DNA of 64,000 nucleotides. Source: Leptogorgia sarmentosa. Taxonomy: Eukaryota. A program made the translations under genes and the position numbers. The notes under the pieces are model-generated. The model worked only from the letters and a program-made list of their open reading frames with translations. It searched no databases and had not been told where the DNA came from. Each line of letters starts with the position of its first letter. The stretch's first letter is position 1. The stretch spans positions 2,542,001 through 2,606,000 of the forward strand of contig OZ210885.1 of NCBI GenBank assembly GCA_964658305.1, written 5' to 3'. This document shows, piece by piece, positions 1 to 13,359 of this stretch.

Positions 1-145
1 AATCCCCAGGGTATACCTGGCATACAACGTCTCGGTGAATTACATGAAACGATAGTATTAACCTTTGCTTTTCTGATTTTGACAATAGTTAATCGTGATA
101 AATAGTGACTTTTTATAGAGTAATTGTGATCAATTTACTTCTTAG

Positions 146-780
146 ATGGTCAAGCTGTTGCAATAAAACTGTCCAAACAAATAGAGAAAGTTGTAAAGTC
201 CATGAAAAAGACTCTGTTGGAAGCGAATGAAACGTTACATGACGACGAACCGCCTATCACGTATGAAGACGCCAAGGATCCAATGAACAGTCTTTATTCA
301 GCAACCGCAGTACAAAGCACTAACGTACTACCAGCCTCTCTGAAGAGGCGAATAATTGACTGGTCGTGCTTTAAGGCACGATGTGAGGAAGAAATTTCCA
401 TGATAAAGGAGGAAATGACACGCTTTTTGACTTTTATTACCGAACAGATGAGGGTAATTGACGAGTCTGTTGGTAACTTTATTGCTCATTGTGACATTCC
501 TATTAACACTGGTCTAATAGCATGCTTGAAACAAAAAAGAGTGTTGTATTCTAATCAAGTTTCAAATTTGGTGCGTTTGTGGGCTGGAATTTTGGATACA
601 ACACACATCCAAATTGAAGAAGTAAAATCGTACGAAAGCTTCAGTGGCGAAAACCATTCGGCTACAGAAGGCCCTTGCTTGGATGAGGAAAATAACTTTA
701 TTTTAACAGAACTAGACGATGAGGAGCAGTCGTTTGTTTTAGAACTATCATCAGATAGTGATTTGTCAGATGACGAATAA
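146..780 (+). CDS. Terminal exon of probable KDZ (Kyakuja-Dileera-Zisupton) transposase; upstream exons lie outside the window
   Basis: Acceptor cttag at 141-145 opens frame (D)GQAVAIKLSKQIEK..., continuing into ORF 202-780. The motif ARCEEEISMIKEEMTRFLTF resembles the C-terminal R-x-x-EE-h-x-h-h-x-x-EM helix of KDZ transposases, followed by an acidic tail. The catalytic core is not visible in the window. Confidence 0.55.
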
Positions 781-1174
781 TGTAAATATATGAATTTCTC
801 TAGATACAGTAGCTCTTTGGTCTGTTTATCTCTTTCAAATCCTTTTCTTTGTCCATTTTCTACATTTATAAATGATAGTGAAAGTAGTCGTGATTACTAT
901 TCCTTTATGTTTTTGTCATTTCATTTGGGCAAAAGAGAACTGCACACTATTGTGTAAGAAGTTTGTATTGTCAGTGGAAATGAACGAACGCTAATATTTA
1001 AATTTTGTTAACATGATGTGTAAGATTTCGTTAACGTTTAAGTCGTTTTTGACTTTTCAAATTATCGACGGCATAATTTGAGAATGTGGTGGATAGTCTC
1101 ACTTCTGTAATTCTTATACGTTTTCTTTCAAAAACGCATCACGCATGCAACGCGATATATGACCTAAACAATAG

Positions 1175-3530
1175 AAAACGCACAAAACAGTTGAGTTTAT
1201 GAGAAATACGTAATAAATATGAGAATATGCCAAATATATGCATACGATGACGCAGTTTTATTGCAGGTGTACATCATCTTGTCATGTTATGGTACAAAAA
1301 CGCACAAAACAGTCGAGTTTATGAGAAATACGTAATAAATATGAGAATTCGTCAAATATATGCATACCATGACGCAGTTTTATTGCAGGTGTACATCATC
1401 TTGTCATGTTATGGTACAAAAACGCACAAAACAGTTGAGTTTATGAGAAATACGTAATAAATATGAGAATTTGTCAAATATATGCATACGATGACGCAGT
1501 TTTATTGCAGGTGTACATCAACTTGTCATGTTATGGTACAAAAACGCACAAAACAGTCGAGTTTGTGAGAATTACGTAATAAATATGAGAATTTGTCAAA
1601 TATATGCATCCCATGACGCAGTTTTATTGCAGGTGTACATCATCTTGTCATGTTATGGTACAAAAACGCTCAAAACAGTGGAGTTTATGAGAAATACGTA
1701 ATAAATATGAGAATTCGTCAAATATATGCATACCATGACGCAGTTTTATTGCAGGTGTACATCATCTTGTCATGTTATGGTACAAAAACGCACAAAACAG
1801 TTGAGTTTGTGAGAATTACGTAATAAATATGAGAATTTGTCAAATATATGCATACGATGACGCAGTTTATTGCAGGTGTACATCAACTTGTCATGTTATG
1901 GTACAAAAACGCACAAAACAGTCGAGTTTGTGAGAATTACGTAATAAATATGAGAATTCGTCAAATATATACATACGATGACGCAGTTTTATTGCAGGTG
2001 TACATCATCTTGTCATGTTATGGTACAAAAACGCTCAAAACAGTGGAGTTTATGAGAAATACGTAATAAATATGAGAATTCGTCAAATATATGCATACCA
2101 TGACGCAGTTTTATTGCAGGTGTACATCATCTTGTCATGTTATGGTACAAAAACGCACAAAACAGTTGAGTTTGTGAGAATTACGTAATAAATATGAGAA
2201 TTTGTCAAATATATGCATACGATGACGCAGTTTATTGCAGGTGTACATCATCTTATCGTGTTATGGTACAAAAACGCACAAAACAGTTGAGTTTATGAGA
2301 AATACGTAATAAATATGAGAATTCGTCAAATATATGCATACCATGACGCAGTTTTATTGCAGGTGTACATCATCTTGTCATGTTATGGTACAAAAACGCA
2401 CAAAACAGTTGAGTTTATGAGAAATACGTAATAAATATGAGAATTTGTCAAATATATGCATACGATGACGCAGTTTTATTGCAGGTGTACATCATCTTGT
2501 CATGTTATGGTACAAAAACGCACAAAACAGTTGAGTTTATGAGAAATACGTAATAAATATGAGACTTTGTCAAATATATGCATACCATGACGCAGTTTTA
2601 TTGCAAGTGTACATCATCTTGTCATGTTATGGTACAAAAACGCACAAAACAGTGGAGTTTATGAGAAATACGTAATAAATTTGAGAATTTGTCAAATATA
2701 AGCATACCATGACGCAGTTTTATTGCAGGTGTACATCATCTTGTCATGTTATGGTACAAAAACGCACAAAACAGTTGAGTTTATGAGAAATACGTAATAA
2801 ATATGAGAATTCGTCAAATATATGCATACCATGACGCAGTTTTATTGCAGGTGTACATCATCTTGTCATGTTATTGTACAAAAACGCACAAAACAGTTGA
2901 GTTTATGAGAAATACGTAATAAATATGAGAATTCGTCAAATATATACATACGATGACGCAGTTTTATTGCAGGTGTACATCATCTTGTCATGTTATGGTA
3001 CAAAAACGCACAAAACAGTTGAGTTTATGAGAAATACGTAATAAATATGAGAATTTGTCAAATATATGCATACCATGACGCAGTTTTATTGCAAGTGTAC
3101 ATCATCTTGTCATGTTATGGTACAAAAACGCACAAAACAGTGGAGTTTATGAGAAATACGTAATAAATATGAGAATTTGTCAAATATATGCATACGATGA
3201 CGCAATTTTATTGCAGGTGTACATCATCTTATCATGTTATGGTACAAAAACGCACAAAACATTTGAGTTTGTGAGAAATACGTAATAAATATGAGAATTT
3301 GTCAAATATATGCTTACGATGACGCAGTTTTATTGCAGGTGTACATCATCTTATCATGTTATGGTACAAAAACGCACAAAACAGTTGAGTTTATGAGAAA
3401 TACGTAATAAATTTGAGAATTTGACAAATATATGCATACCATGACGCAGTTTTATTGCAAGTGTACATCATCTTATCATGATATGGTACAAAAACGCACA
3501 AAACAGTTGAGTTTGTGAGAAATACGTAAT
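1175..3530. repeat. Tandem satellite, 122-bp unit, ~19 copies
   Basis: Anchor ggtacaaaaacgc recurs at 1291, 1413, 1535... (period 122); copies differ by a few substitutions and 1-bp indels. Confidence 0.97.
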
Positions 3531-5384
3531 GAATATGATGAATATGAAAAAAAGTTGATGACTCAAAATGTAGCTGTACAATATATACTGTTGAAATTTT
3601 ATTAATCACAATCTGAACATACAAGAAGTAAATTATAAAAATGTGAAGATCTTCTAAAAAATGGATAAACCACAACCATTCGTGCTCTGTAACGACACCA
3701 ATTCATTGAATCTGAGACGTCGCACATCGTTACGCAGGTGATATATCAAGGTGATATATCATCGTGAACTTAAAGTTTAAAGCTATGGATACACGGAAAA
3801 TATTATTCCGGCGGCGTCATTTTTAGTGAGCTAAGGCCAATACTTGGAAATAACATCGTACCAGAATGAGGAAGGCCAAAATTTGCGAGGGGTGGGGGGG
3901 GGGGGGGCAGCCCTTCTGGCTACGGACAGGCGGGCTTATGTTAGGTGCAATAACACAAAGATGTAAATTGCATGATAAACTGAACGTAAAATAAGAAGTA
4001 GCTATATAGAGATGTTAAGCAGCAGGCCATAAGTGATAAGTTAATACAGCTCTCTGTGGATTAATACTAGAGGGTTAAGAGTTGGTGTATTTCAGCGATG
4101 GCGAAACAATGTGAAGATGGGAGCAGATTTTCATAACCGTATTCCCATCCTCAATGGAAACTCCTGCAGAGGAGGTTGTTTATACAACACGCCAACTGGA
4201 TCCAGCACTGTATGTTACTGTAATTTCTTGAATTGGTTAATTGTAGCAGTAGTCTTTTCTTGTACATTTAAAAATCTCTTTCTGGCAGGAAACAGGAAAC
4301 AAATTCCAATAAAGGTTGAAATTTGAAAATCCTTCAATCGAAATCTTTATTGTATGATCATAGGTTTAAACGGATGCAGAAAATTTTTACCAGAAACTCA
4401 TTTTGCTCCAATCCAGTCCGATATCATGCTTATTATCCTTTAGTCATATTATAAAGGTCAAAATATTTTGCTGACTCTTCATTATTTAATTTAGATTTGT
4501 CAAAAATTTTCTACTTGAAAACAGAAATGCTCCAGTTTTCAAGTGAACATCCACAGCTGGATCAAGTCAGGGCCCGCGGAGCGTATTAGAGAGTGGGGGG
4601 GGGGGGGGCTAAATCATCAAATATTTTAATAATTTTGGCTGTCAAAAAAAGTGCCCCCCCCCCCCTCAGCCCCCCCGTCTCCGCTGTCCCTGCAAGTATC
4701 CCGCTACTTGTCAGAAAGGAGGGAATTGATGTGGTTGTTGAACAATTAAACAATTAAACAATTAAACGAAGATATGCCTCTTTCAAGACACATGAGGTTG
4801 CTTGAAAGTCTTGAAAGTGATGAGATCAGAGAAACAATTTCTTCCCTTGGTCTGTTCATGAATGAAATATAACAATGTTTAAAGCTTTCGCTTTCGCATC
4901 CATCTTGATCATATTTAGTTTTGAGAACAGTAAGCAAACGAAAAAAACGAGATCGACAAAGACCTTCAGAACGAAAAATTGCCAAGCAGTTTCAATATAT
5001 AGAAAGTGGATACTTTCAGAAGATTGGTTATTTTTTATTTAATAAAGTGAACAAACAATAACAAAAACAATTACTGGTATCCAAAATATTTACCTACGTA
5101 GTTTAATATAAAATGTTCATTTCGTATCAACAGATTACTTTAAATGCTCATGTCCTGTTGTACATTCAAGAATGACAAATTACTGTATTTAAACAAATTA
5201 GTCAATGAGTTAAAATATATTTTCCTAAAACTGCAAGCATTAGAATTTCACCTATTTAGACGAGACAATTTTATTTAATGTATCAGGGACAAGAGAACTG
5301 CGCGAACAGAAAAACCCCCAATTTGACTGGCTTGCAAAATAACATTGTGGACTAGTACGTAAATTTATATTTTCAAGGTACGTT

Positions 5385-5724
5385 CAGGGACGTAGCGAAT
5401 GGGGGGTGCGGGGGGTGCCGCCCCCCCCCCAAATTTTGCCTCTGTCGGCAAGAGAAGAACAGCTGTCAAATTATGTCGGCACATTTTGAGGCCCGGATAT
5501 GTGGGGAAAATATTTTCTAACTAAAACTGCGTTGTATTTAGTATTAATGTAACAAATAAAGTATTAAGCGTTGTGTATGTACATTTACGCTGAATTTAAG
5601 CAAAAATTAAGCTGATAACGTCGTTGACCACACCCAAACCACTCCCCGACCACGCCCATTTTGTCGGCAAAATTGAGTCGTCCACCCCCCCCCCCCCAAC
5701 CACACAGGCGTCGCTACGCCCCTG
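5385..5724. mobile_element. hAT-like MITE
   Basis: TIR cagggacgtagcga / tcgctacgcccctg; 8-bp TSD ggtacgtt / gatacgtt (1 mismatch). Confidence 0.75.
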
Positions 5725-5859
5725 GATACGTTTTCGGCATGTTGGCCTTGGACGTCTTCTAAACAAAACCTTAAGCCCTGATCAAACGAGATGTAAGTCA
5801 TCGCATGTTTTAACTTCTGGGCCACGGAAACGGGAGAATGATTTGAAAAATGCTGGATT

Positions 5860-6056
5860 AAGGTACGTTTACACGCTGCGATTTGTCGGGAACGATTCAT
5901 ATTCTGGCGTATGCAAAATACTGCTGATGCATAATTAGACTTCATTAAGATTGAATCGTAACTGGAAATGCGACTTTCTCGCGCGTGCTCACTCGATTAC
6001 ATACGCCAGACTGCGAATCGCGTGCCCGACAAATCGTAGCGTGTAAACGCACCTTT
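5860..6056. mobile_element. PIF/Harbinger-like MITE
   Basis: Long TIR aaggtacgtttacacgctgcgatttgtcggg / cccgacaaatcgtagcgtgtaaacgcacctt with TAA/TTA-like flanks. Confidence 0.6.
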
Positions 6057-6449
6057 AGCGGGCAATGCGAGTCAAATTGTTTAAAAGACACATGTAAAAT
6101 ATACTGTTTGCATGAATACAAAAAAAAACATTCATAGGTTTTCACAAGACATTCATGCATTATACTATTTACATTTCTTTATCAAATCATTCATTTCCTC
6201 ATTCTCATACATCAGAAGTTAGAACTTGCGATGGCTTGTGTCTCGTTTGACCCGGCCTTTATAGTTGTATTAGACATGTTAAGATTTGACTTCCACTGGG
6301 CACCACTACCGCTACCTTTCGCTAACATATTGTGCATGTGATTGGTTATCCGGATAGACTTAACGCATACGATGTTATGCGCATACTCTCTAATGTTTTG
6401 CTATGAGACTGTACGTAGCACGATATAACAACGCAAATACTACACAGTT

Positions 6450-9400
6450 CTAAGAATCTCTTAATGCAGCATGGATTGCCCTGTCGAATACCTCCGGAAT
6501 ATAAAAATATTGGTCGTCAGAAATGTTCATGTCAGTTAAGAAATACAACGGGCCGTATGCTCCATTCTTAATTAAGTTGAGAATTTTAACGCTATCCTGG
6601 TGACCACGAAGTAGTTTGTATTTAGATTGTTCCTCAAGATTAAGCCAGTAGCCTTTTAGCTTGTAATTTTCTGGTGCTTTCACAAATTTTGATGGGTTTT
6701 CAACTGTGTAAAACAGCCAAAAATCCTCATCAGCTGACTCAGGACAAACAGGTACAATAAGTCCCTGAGTTTCAGAAGTGTGTTGAATATTTGCACCAAC
6801 CGCATGCCAAGCATCAACATCAAAAAACTGAGAGCACTCGTTAAGAAGAAGTCTCTCACCCTGGTCCAATGTTACGTTGACCACTTCCACTTCCTCTTCC
6901 ACTATCCTCGTCATCATGTTAACTGCTCTTTCAGCGGTGTTACGGTCAACCAGCTTAGACAGGAGATCTAAGATTTCTGATGGTCTAGGGTTGGTGGTTT
7001 CATCAGACGCACAGGTTGTAGTAGGAACACTTTGAATGTTAAATTTAATCACGTCTTTATTTTCCATTATTGCCTTCAACTGTTTGGCACCATAGTGGAA
7101 AGGCTTTTTAAAGTGAATTCCCTCTGGAAGATTCTCCACAGTAAATCCTCCATGTAGGTATAGGACCTTGCTTCCTGGTTTCTGTATTGCTTCACCTGTA
7201 AGTAAGATCATTGAAATATTAATGAACAGTGAGAAGAAGGCTCATTATTCACAATATTTCATGTCAAGGCTATAAAGTCTGCGGCATTTTCTTTTCATTT
7301 TGTTGATCGGTGGGGATACCAACGCTTTCCCAAATCACATGTAAGGCAACTTAAGACTATTGTAATATGAAAAATGCGCAAAGATTGCATTTTACTTTTC
7401 CCCCAAACGAACTGCATTTCAAATTACCATCACAACCACGCACCCTTTCCCATGTTAGCAAACTGGGCTAGTACAAACAAAAACATATTCGTCATGTGGA
7501 AAACACATTATGTAAATTGGTATAAGATCTATATTTTGGAGTAACAATAAGTATGCAAAATGGCATTACAAAAAAGAATAAGTGTGCAAAATGGCAATAG
7601 AATCTATGCATGTATAGACCATTTGGAGATAATGCAAAAAATGACATCTGGAGGCATGAAAATACCATTCTTGTGAACCATTTCGCTTCCACTTGCATGG
7701 AAAATGGGTGCAAGTGGACTACTACACTATAACCATTGAAGGTAAGATACACCCTAGAGGCAAATTTTCCAGTTCCTCCCACCTATGCATATATTGTAAC
7801 TGTATGCCACGTCTCTTAACTTTTGTCAAATTTGGCCAATAATTTAAGCTTAGCTGTCCATGCATTGAATTATTTGTTTGAACCTTTTTCAACAAGTTAC
7901 TTTACATACGTTTATTTTATGAAAACGATGAAAAAGTTGTTCTGTAATACTCACTGTATTTGGCATTAAATAATTGCTGAACATCTTTGTACGTATACTT
8001 CTCCGTGTTACAAGCTAAACATAAAGAAATCTTCTTTAATTACCTAATTTAAGTGTTTTAATTGACCTTTAACAAAACAGATGTTTGCCCTACATCAATA
8101 AGACTGCAGGTTCAATTAAAGAAGCTTGATGGATTTGACCTGTCATCCTCCAGGGTAGGGTGAGTAGGACAGGCAATACAATGTGCACCCAACGTACCCT
8201 ATCCCACCTCAGAAACCAAATTTGAAATCCCTCTCAACTTTGCAATGCGGCTCGGGGGACGAAGTTTTTGGTATATATTCTTTGGGTACTGAACAATATT
8301 TGAAATTTGAATTTTCTTGCGCACGAAATTTAAATATTTAAAGTAATTTTGAGTTGATGAATGGAAACTTTCCCAGTTTTGTAAAACTTACGTTTTTCAG
8401 CTTTTCGCATGCTTAATTACGCTTTGTACAATTATGTAAATTAGATAATTGGGCGTGCAAATATTCTAATAAAGCAAACGTTTGTGCGACGATTTGAAGG
8501 GCTTAGACTCAAACAAATTTTCTGAAATTTGGACAGAAATACAAAACTCGGCAAAGTTTCCGTCCATTAACTAAAAAATACTTTTAATCGTGTAAATTTC
8601 GTGCGTGAGCTATTTCTTATCTGTTGGAAAAGACACCATGCCATGGATTTTCAAAATTCAAATTTTAAAATGTTTTCATTTATTGTATATTATAGGTACT
8701 AAAACAATGTATATAAACAAAAAAAAACTGCGTACCCCGAGTCGCTCTGCAAAGTTGAGAGCGATTTCAAATTTGCTCACTTATTTTATGCACCCTGTAT
8801 AGTATCCAAAAACAATTTAATTAAATAATTATGATTATTATACATTGTAGATGGTAAAAGCAATCTGATTGGCTAAGAGCATACAGTTAAATCGCGCAAT
8901 CACGCAACCCACAGGAAATCCAGTTATCTGCTAGCAGATAACTAATTAGGTACAAAATGAGCCTGTTTTCCGTATGGTTTCATAAATAAAGTTTTTCATG
9001 CGTTAATACTTCGTTTATTATTCTTCAAATGTATAATAAGACAATTATTGAATTCGGTTTTTGTGATATGCGAAATTATCAAGGTCGAGGTAAGCGTTAT
9101 CAACCTCGCCTTCGGCTCAAAAACCTCATCCAATAATTGTTAATTATAACCATAACAGTTAGGTCATGAGTTTGGTTCGAAGTCAAGTCGTTAAGATGTG
9201 GGAAAAATATCAAGATACTGTACGTTAATTTTAAAAAGTAATCACCATAAAGAATAAATTGGTTCTTGAAAGTTTGCACAGATTACTGAAAGGTATAGAT
9301 TTTTAAGTAAACAGTTCAAAAATTTGCTTTTGTCTAATTAATTGTTGAGACCATAAAAACCTTCCTCAAAGTCCATTTTTAGTACTGTACTCACCAAAGT

Positions 9401-11179
9401 GATTTGTGAATTTGGTGTTGATATCTGGATTCAGGCAGAGGAACGAATACCCAGCACTTGACCCAAAATTGAAGACCTGGCCAGAATTGTCCTTAAAAAT
9501 TAAAGATGACTCACATCCCATATCTTCTAGAAACATTACCTAGACAGAAATGTTTCATTAAATAATTATAATAAGGAAGTATAATAAACTAATGATTTGA
9601 AAGAAAAAGAGAGATGTACAGCATTTTGATGACAAAATAGATTTTTCTGTGCACTGTAAATAAAGGGCTTAATTGACACCTGCAGCACCTGATATCCAGA
9701 GTATGCAGAGTATACATTTTAGGATACTGGTTGACAAATTTGTGTCCTCCACAGATACAGTATCTTTCTGTTGTTCATGAAACCTTTACAAACATGTCCT
9801 CATATGACATCAAATTCATCAATGCAATAAATTGAAAGATTAATTGTTTCTAGTATATACCCATCAACACTTTCAAAATTTCAAATTTTAAATTTTAAGC
9901 CCTTTAAATATGTATAATGAAGCTCACATATGATGCACACATATTGGTGATCAACAAATATTCAAAATTTAATTAATCCAAAATAATTCACGAATTTGAT
10001 TTTATATGTTTGGAAGGACCAAAAATATACCCATACAATGTTAGTTTTCCTTGGTTTTATACCTTTTCCTTAGTTTCCTATCAATTTATCAATTACAAAT
10101 TGCCACAAGTTTCAGTTTATATCCCTTCTGATATCTTCAATACATTTGTTAAATCCTTACATACTGATTATAATCACCTCATTTTGGAGATTTTTCCTAT
10201 GCACAGATATCAGCTTTGATTTTTGATCTTCATTCAGGTTAATTACATCTGGAGACTTCATTCTATCTGCACTTTGCTTGTATTTTTCTTTTTCTTCTAA
10301 GGAAAGATCTTTCCATGCCATTGACACAACTTTGTTTTTTTGTGACAAAGACATATCCTTGCATTTATCTGTTAAAACAATAGAAACATCAAAATATTAG
10401 CTGTACATACATAATTATTTGGGTTGCAAGAAAGTAAGAATGCTGCTATATTATTTTGTTCTTGATGAAACTGGTGGAGACATGTATCCAATATACCTGA
10501 TTTAAAATATTCTGAACAAAACACATTGTATGAATGTGAGCCACGTGAACCTGTAGGTATCTTAACTCGCTTTTGGGTCGGCTCACTGCCACTGCAGACT
10601 TTCCTTCTTTTCTTCTCATTTCCAATCCACTTCTGCAAAATTTTGCATAATGAAATATGAAATATATACATAATTCTACCATTGCTCGCCTGCATACAGA
10701 TAAGGTGCTATGAATATATAGATGTACAAAAGGCAATAGAACCATTTGTATCAATATTACTGCCTGATTTTAATGCACTTTGATAAGTTGATTTCACTAA
10801 ATTTTTCATGTTCAAAACTCAAAAGGTAATTAATATGCAGTTCCTATAGCAAACGTTTTCGCCCACATGTAAATATTCATAACCGTGACTTAATTTAAAT
10901 AACACCGTATATTAGTCTTGAACTAGTGAAACATTGTCTTTACTGTTAACGTAGCAATGGCATCGATTGAACACAACGAGGATTAGGATATACCTTAACT
11001 TCCTTCACCGTCAGCTGCGTTTCTTCAGCCGCTCTTCTAATTCTTTCCGAGTTAGCAGAAACACATGATTTCATGCCATCGTCGTAATATTGCCGCAATT
11101 TTATTTTCTGAACATCACTTATTTTGTGATATGTCTTGCTCTTTTTACACACAGTTTCGTCGTTGCCAGAATCAGTCAT
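6450..11179 (-). CDS. 6-exon gene, ~487 aa: atypical homeodomain + HMG box + GTF2I (TFII-I)-like repeat + unknown C-terminal domain
   Basis: Exons 11179-10994, 10632-10497, 10368-10178, 9539-9395, 8014-7955, 7195-6450; all GT-AG, phases compatible, 1464 nt open. Homeodomain-like: KISDVQKIKLRQYY...TQLTVKEVKKWIGNEKKRRK. HMG-like: SHSYNVFCSEYFK...KVVSMAWKDLSLEEKEKYKQSA. I-repeat-like: DVQQLFNAKYSEAI...VENLPEGIHFKKPFHYGAKQLKAIMENKDVIKFNI. Confidence 0.85.
8212..8800. mobile_element. Tc1/mariner-like MITE remnant in intron
   Basis: Inverted arms caaatttgaaatc-ctctcaactttgca / tgcaaagttgagag-gatttcaaatttg; right end caccctgTA. Left terminus degraded. Confidence 0.55.
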
Positions 11180-11184
11180 GGTAT

Positions 11185-12040
11185 CATAGGCAGCCCAGTG
11201 ATCTGGGGTTTTATTATGTTAACTAAGGTTGAATAGGGCTATTTCATCATCCTTAGTTGTTTATATGCGTGCGCCGACAATACGGTCACTCGCGTATGTA
11301 ATTAATAGTTATAATAATTGACAAGGTTGGCAACTAAATTCACATTCATATACACATGCCTACACACAATCGAAAAATACACAAAATACATCCAAAAATG
11401 CAATAAAGCAATTACAAAATACGAAACTAGGATAATTTTTCTACATTATTGCCAAGTTTGGTGAACATACCTCGCTTCTAAGGCATTTAAAATACGGAAT
11501 GTTTTTCATATTTTCTTCAAAATTTTTGTGAGACCATGCTGGATGCCAGGTCTGCGATATTCAGATGACGAATTCGCAATCTCATTGGCTGCTCGGGAAA
11601 AACAAACGTGAATCTTCAACGCATTTTCCCGAGCAGCCAATGAGATTGCGAATTCGTCATCTGAATATCGCAGACCTGGCATCCAGCATGGTCTCACAAA
11701 AGTTTTGAAGAAAATATGAAAAACATTCCGTATTTTAAATGCTTTAGAAGCGACGTATGTTCACCAAACTTGGCAATAATGTAGAAAAATTATCCTAGTT
11801 TCGTATTTTGTAATTGCTTTATTGCATTTTTGGATGTATTTTGTGTATTTTTCGATTGTGTGTAGGCATGTGTATATGAATGTGAATTTAGTTGCCAACC
11901 TTGTCAATTATTATAACTATTAATTACATACGCGAGTGACCGTATTGTCGGCGCACGCATATAAACAACTAAGGATGATGAAATAGCCCTATTCAACCTT
12001 AGTTAACATAATAAAACCCCAGATCACTGGGCTGCCTATG
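11185..12040. mobile_element. 856-bp foldback (palindromic) MITE, P-element-like
   Basis: Arms ~417 bp (11185-11601 / 11624-12040), nearly perfect, ~22-bp spacer; termini CATAGG...CCTATG; 7-bp TSD atggtat at 11178-11184 and 12041-12047. Confidence 0.9.
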
Positions 12041-12494
12041 ATGGTATCGTAAAACTGGAGAATAACTGTCGAAAATCAAAAATCTTATAGTAAAATATCG
12101 TATAATAAAAGCAACCTCAAAAGCACGCAAAAAGAATGCGATTTAATTGGTCGATATATTTCTGAATATTTAATAGGCTACTGAGATGACTACGATGATC
12201 ATTTTAGACGGCTTCGGCCCAGTGATCTAAATTTAGAACTACCGGTTATTACCCATTTAGATCATGAGAGTAGGGTGCATTTACATTATACTAGCAATGT
12301 ACAAATACTAATAAAGAATTCATGCAGAAACAGTTTTGAAAATTAAACAAAAGGCTAAGCACATAAAAATTTCGTTCAACAAAAATACGTTTTTATTTTT
12401 ACAAAAATACGAAATTACACTTTAATACACCCAATGTTTACAAAGAGACTATCTACTAGGCTAGTTTTTAGACCTTCAAATTATCAAATTTATA

Positions 12495-13329
12495 CCGGGT
12501 GGCGCACCTGTTATATCTGTTTGATTACTTATAACTCAAAAACCTTACGCGGTAGAACCTTAAACGGAGTTTCATTGCATCCAGCGATGTCTAACTTAAA
12601 TTTTGGTATATTCGACAGGCATTTTCGTCCAAGATTGACTGAGATATGAGAGTTTAAACTTTTGTGAACAATTTTGAAACTTTCACAAATTAGCTAAAAA
12701 CGGCCTATTAAATATTAATACAGCATTAACGACATATAAAGAGATGTACCGTGTTCCGGATTGTGTAAAACAAACGTCTATTCGTTAGGAAATGCATGTC
12801 CCCGAGCACGAATGCAGCGTCTTGCCAACTCTTTTGTCCTTCGTTAAACGAGGCATAATTATTACTTAGAAGCATACGAGGCGACATTTGCATTTTAGAA
12901 TTCAGCTTCCCTTTGAACGTCGAATTAAAATTTACAAGAAAACTTTTAATCAACCTTGCCTTGTAGCTCAATTTTTGAGTTGCCGAACAGCAAGCAAAAA
13001 CGAGAAAGCATCTCTGGACTCTGTTATACAAGGAAGATGAAATTTGCCCTTCAACAACTTTGTTAAAACACTGCTTATGATAAAATAGTGACGCGGTTAT
13101 AAAATCAGTTTAATAGGCCGTTTTTAGCTAATTTGTGAAGGTTTCAAAATTGTTAACAAAAGTTTAAACTCTCATATCTCAGTCAATCTTGGACGAAAAT
13201 GCCTGTCGAATATACCAAAATTTAAGTTAGACATCGCTGGATGCAATGAAACTCCATTGAGGGTACTACCGCATATGGGTTTTGAGTTATAAGTAATCAA
13301 ACAGTTATACTTTTTTTTGCGCCACCCGG
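12495..13329. mobile_element. Tc1/mariner-like MITE with long TIRs (copy A)
   Basis: TA|CCGGGTGGCGCA ... TGCGCCACCCGG|TA; ~220-bp inverted arms; TA TSD. Confidence 0.8.
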
Positions 13330-13359
13330 TAGTATTCCAATAACAACTATTAGTTATGA

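Noticed and set aside
1175..3530. CRISPR-like array or coding repeat
   Set aside because: Units are contiguous near-identical 122-mers with no unique spacers; ORFs 1848-2066 and 3391-3675 are by-products of the repeat.
4080..4985. Possible decayed protein-coding fragments on the minus strand
   Set aside because: Short, stop-interrupted and split by a MITE-like insert; no family could be recognised.
12726..13031. 101-aa ORF (and its paralog 26075-26398) as a transposase
   Set aside because: It lies inside a non-autonomous MITE and has no DDE/HTH features.
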